Below, piece after piece: positions 61,518 through 64,000 of a stretch of DNA of 64,000 nucleotides. Location of the stretch: positions 14,597-78,596 of the forward strand of contig NZ_JBATQW010000070.1 in assembly GCF_049292215.1 (NCBI RefSeq), written 5' to 3'. The DNA comes from Geothrix sp. (GTDB lineage Bacteria; Acidobacteriota; Holophagae; Holophagales; Holophagaceae). Position numbers and translations under genes: made by a program. Numbering within the stretch: the first letter of the stretch is position 1; every line of letters begins with the position of its first letter. The notes beneath the pieces are model-generated. The model was not told where the DNA came from. It saw only the letters and a program-made list of their open reading frames with translations, and made no database searches.

Positions 61518-62108
61518 ATGCGATCCACACCCCCATGGTCCTGGCTGCATCCTCTGACCCTGCTAGCCGCCGCCGGGTGCGCCCATCCCAGGTTCGTCTA
61601 TGATGTGGACCCGGCCTACCAGTCCGGCCACTACGCAACGGTGGCCCCCGATCCACGGAGGGACCGCATCCTCATCCGGGAGGGGATGCGGCCGCTGAAC
61701 CCTGACCTGCACCTCCAGGCCGTGCAGGCGGAGCTGGTAGCGCGGAAGTACCGGCTGGTCCCGACGGCAGAGGCTGATCTGTGGGTGGCCGTCTACGTCC
61801 TGACCGGGGGCCGACCGGAGGGCGGCGGGAACCACCCTGGCAAGAGCTCCCACCGCGGGGGTGGCGAAGGCCCTCGCGGTGGCGGCCGCGGCGGCCCGGA
61901 GGCCGGTGGCGATGCCGCCGCGGAGCGGGAGGGGAGCGCAAGGGGCACCTTCACCGTCATCGTGCAGCTGCAGGACCGCCGCTCCGGCCGTCCCGTCTGG
62001 CAGGGCGAGGCGAATCTCGACCACCGGGAGAAGGGTCCCGATGGGCACCCCCTCAGCATCGAACAAGCCGTGCAGCAGCTGATGCGACCACTCCCGGCTC
62101 AGCCCTAA
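61518..62108 (+). CDS. DUF4136-like lipoprotein with Gly/Arg-rich loop
   Basis: 196 aa. Lipobox LLAAAGC. DLWVAVYVLTGG ... GTFTVIVQLQDRRSGRPVWQGEA is typical of DUF4136 beta-sheet lipoproteins. Confidence 0.45.
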   Translation: MRSTPPWSWLHPLTLLAAAGCAHPRFVYDVDPAYQSGHYATVAPDPRRDRILIREGMRPLNPDLHLQAVQAELVARKYRLVPTAEADLWVAVYVLTGGRPEGGGNHPGKSSHRGGGEGPRGGGRGGPEAGGDAAAEREGSARGTFTVIVQLQDRRSGRPVWQGEANLDHREKGPDGHPLSIEQAVQQLMRPLPAQP

Positions 62109-62113
62109 AACAG

Positions 62114-62140
62114 GCAGCGGGGGCCATGGGCCCCCGCTGC
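62114..62140 (-). terminator. rho-independent terminator (maeB; possibly bidirectional)
   Basis: GCAGCGGGGGCC-atg-GGCCCCCGCTGC, a 12-bp GC stem. On the minus strand it is followed by CTGTTTTAG (U-tract), 15 nt after the maeB stop. It is also 5 nt after the DUF4136 gene stop. Confidence 0.7.
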
Positions 62141-62155
62141 TCCAATGAGAACGGC

Positions 62156-64000
62156 CTACTTCTGCTGCGCCTCGACGACGGTGAGCGCCGTGAGGTGGAT
62201 GATGTCATGCAGGTCACTGTGCCGCTGCAGGACGTGGACAGGGGCCGCCATGCCGCAGGTGATGGGGCCGATGACTTCGGCTCCGGCCAGCCGCTGGACC
62301 AGCTTGTAGGCGATGTTGCCGCTGGTCAGGTCGGGGAAGATCAGGACGTTCGGGCCACCCGGCAGGTCCACCCAGGGGTAGTTCTCGGCCAGGATGCCTT
62401 CGCCCAGGGCCGTGTCGGCCTGCATTTCCCCGTCGCACTTGAGCTCGGGGCGCGTGGCCTTGATGATCTCCACCGCCTTCTGGACCTTGCGGACCAGCGG
62501 GTGCTCGACGCTGCCGAAGCTGGAGAAGGAGAGCATGGCCACCTTGGGTTCCATGTTGAAGGTGTCCTTCACGAGATCCGAGGTGAGCATGGCGATCTCT
62601 GCCAGCTCCTCGCCCGTGGGCTCGATGTTCATGGTCGTGTCGGAGAAGAACAGCACGCGGTTCTTCAGGACCATGGTGTAGACGCCGCAGACCTTCTTCA
62701 CGCCCTTGCGGGTGCCGATGACTTCCAGACAGGGTCGGATGGTCTCGGGGTAGTACATCGTCAGACCGGCGATGAGGCCGTCGGCCTTGCCCAGGCGGCA
62801 CATCATGGCGCCGAAGTAGATGCGGCGGTGGATCTGGCGCCTGGCCTCGAAGCGGGTGACGCCGCGGCGCTTGCGCAGGTCATAGAAGGCGTCTTCCGCT
62901 TCCTTCCGCCAGGCCACAGTGCCGGGATCGAGAATCTCGATGCCCTCGAGGCCGATGCCGTGATCGGCGGCCACGGCCTTGATCTTTGCAGGATCGCCCA
63001 GCAGGATCGGGATGCAGATACCCTCGTCCACCATCTGGGAGACGGCCTGGAGGATCAGGGGATGGTCGCCTTCGGGGAAGACCACGCGCTTGGGGTTCTC
63101 CTTGGCGCGATGCACCACGCTCCGGATCACGTCCTTGCTGCGGCCCTGGAGACCCTCGAGGCGCTCGACATAGGCCTTCATGTCGGCGATGGGCTTGCGG
63201 GCCACGCCGGTATCCATGGCGGCCTTGGCGACGGCCGGAGCCACCCAGAGGAGCACACGGGGGTCGAAGGGCTTGGGGATGATGTAGTCGGGGCCGAAGG
63301 TGAACTTCTGGCCGGAGTAGGCCTTCACCACGGAATCCGGCACTTCCTCCTTGGCCAGGGCAGCGAGCGCCTGGGCGGCCGCCAGCTTCATGGGCTCGTT
63401 GATCTCGGAGGCGCGCACGTCCAGGGCGCCACGGAAGATGAAGGGGAAGCCCAGGACGTTGTTCACCTGGTTGGGGTAGTCGCTGCGGCCCGTGGCCAGG
63501 ATGATGTCGTCGCGGGTGGCCTTGGCGGTGGGGTAGTCGATTTCGGGATCGGGGTTCGCCAGGGCGAACACGATGGGGTTCTTCGCCATGCTCAGCAGCA
63601 TCTCGGGCGACAGCGCGCCCTTGCTGGAGCAGCCCACGAACACGTCGGCATCCTTGATGGTGTCGGCCAGGGTGCGCCACTCGCTCGGCTTGGCGAACTT
63701 GTCCTTGTACTTGTTGTTGCCCTCGGTGCGGCCGGTGTAGACCAGCCCCTTGGTGTCACACAGCCAGAGGTTCTCAAGCTTCACGCCGGCGGCGATCATC
63801 ATGTCCGCGCAGGCGATGGCGGAGGCACCAGCGCCGCTGAACACCACCTTCATGTCCTCGAGCTTCTTGCCCACGATCCCGGAGGCGTTCATCAGGGCCG
63901 CCGTGCTGATGATGGCGGTGCCGTGCTGGTCGTCATGGAAGACGGGGATGTTCATTTCCTTCTTGAGGCGGGTCTCGATCTCGAAGCACTCGGGCGCCTT
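62156..64000 (-). CDS. maeB: NADP-dependent malic enzyme (malic enzyme plus PTA-like domain), N-terminus outside window
   Basis: Near-colinear with E. coli MaeB: KAPECFEIETRLKKEMNIPVFHDDQHGTAIISTAAL, GRSDYPNQVNNVLGFPFIFRGALDV, IIPKPFDPRVL, PTA-like C-half. The reading frame stays open to position 64000. Confidence 0.95.
   Translation of the reverse strand, partial: KAPECFEIETRLKKEMNIPVFHDDQHGTAIISTAALMNASGIVGKKLEDMKVVFSGAGASAIACADMMIAAGVKLENLWLCDTKGLVYTGRTEGNNKYKDKFAKPSEWRTLADTIKDADVFVGCSSKGALSPEMLLSMAKNPIVFALANPDPEIDYPTAKATRDDIILATGRSDYPNQVNNVLGFPFIFRGALDVRASEINEPMKLAAAQALAALAKEEVPDSVVKAYSGQKFTFGPDYIIPKPFDPRVLLWVAPAVAKAAMDTGVARKPIADMKAYVERLEGLQGRSKDVIRSVVHRAKENPKRVVFPEGDHPLILQAVSQMVDEGICIPILLGDPAKIKAVAADHGIGLEGIEILDPGTVAWRKEAEDAFYDLRKRRGVTRFEARRQIHRRIYFGAMMCRLGKADGLIAGLTMYYPETIRPCLEVIGTRKGVKKVCGVYTMVLKNRVLFFSDTTMNIEPTGEELAEIAMLTSDLVKDTFNMEPKVAMLSFSSFGSVEHPLVRKVQKAVEIIKATRPELKCDGEMQADTALGEGILAENYPWVDLPGGPNVLIFPDLTSGNIAYKLVQRLAGAEVIGPITCGMAAPVHVLQRHSDLHDIIHLTALTVVEAQQK

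Noticed and set aside
61790-61940. Gly/Arg-rich (RGG-like) segment [35 protein letters not shown] in the DUF4136-like lipoprotein as a possible novel insertion or repeat.
   Set aside because: Members of this lipoprotein family commonly carry a Gly-rich loop at this position, as far as I recall. At the DNA level it is simple low-complexity GC-rich sequence, not a structured repeat.

Overview
The window is a GC-rich (by eye about two-thirds G+C, not computed), gene-dense chromosomal segment from a diderm, LPS-making bacterium. LptD, KdsB, GmhB and a TolB-like protein are all present. Gene content is reminiscent of Acidobacteriota/Holophagae-like genomes, but that is only a guess.

I can support about 55 protein genes, one tRNA-Ala(GGC), a few hairpins and candidate regulatory sites. 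The main blocks are:
- **0-17 kb:** housekeeping genes (ppx, a LeuA-family enzyme, coaX-birA, tryptophanase, a CPBP protease, ALDH, an ABC-F ATPase, mltD, gcvTH, sfsA, gmhB).
- **17-27 kb, minus strand:** a signalling array of cheA-cheW-fabH-rsmD, an atypical MCP, a histidine kinase and a REC-GAF-degenerate kinase.
- **27-37 kb:** kdsB, trxB, alr, a PleD-like diguanylate cyclase, lptD, zupT, rne.
- **37-48 kb:** a consolidated phosphate-homeostasis island (pstSCAB-phoU-phoB, convergent phoR, DUF47-pit).
- **47.9-53.4 kb:** a tightly packed six-gene operon of mostly unassigned function (GNAT, PlsC-type acyltransferase, ureohydrolase, a hypothetical, a large polytopic membrane protein, a DUF2911 protein).
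- **53-64 kb:** a second MCP with small partners, a FolM-like SDR with queE, a PDZ-polytopic-PP2C phosphatase operon, a DUF4136 lipoprotein and maeB (truncated at the window end).

I saw no CRISPR array, transposase, integrase, prophage or recognisable defence or toxin genes. Most long antisense ORFs in the track are GC-driven shadow ORFs.

There is no clear-cut novel system. The best candidates for undescribed biology are:
1. The six-gene operon next to the Pho island, possibly Pi-limitation membrane or polyamine remodelling.
2. The Che-like module, with an MCP whose hairpin tip carries a 3-residue insertion and a pseudo-kinase output.
3. A ~105-bp AT-rich palindrome built from 10-bp-periodic ATCGGTG repeats between phoB and phoR.
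4. The PDZ-PP2C operon.

All functional calls rest on motif recognition by eye. No database search was run.
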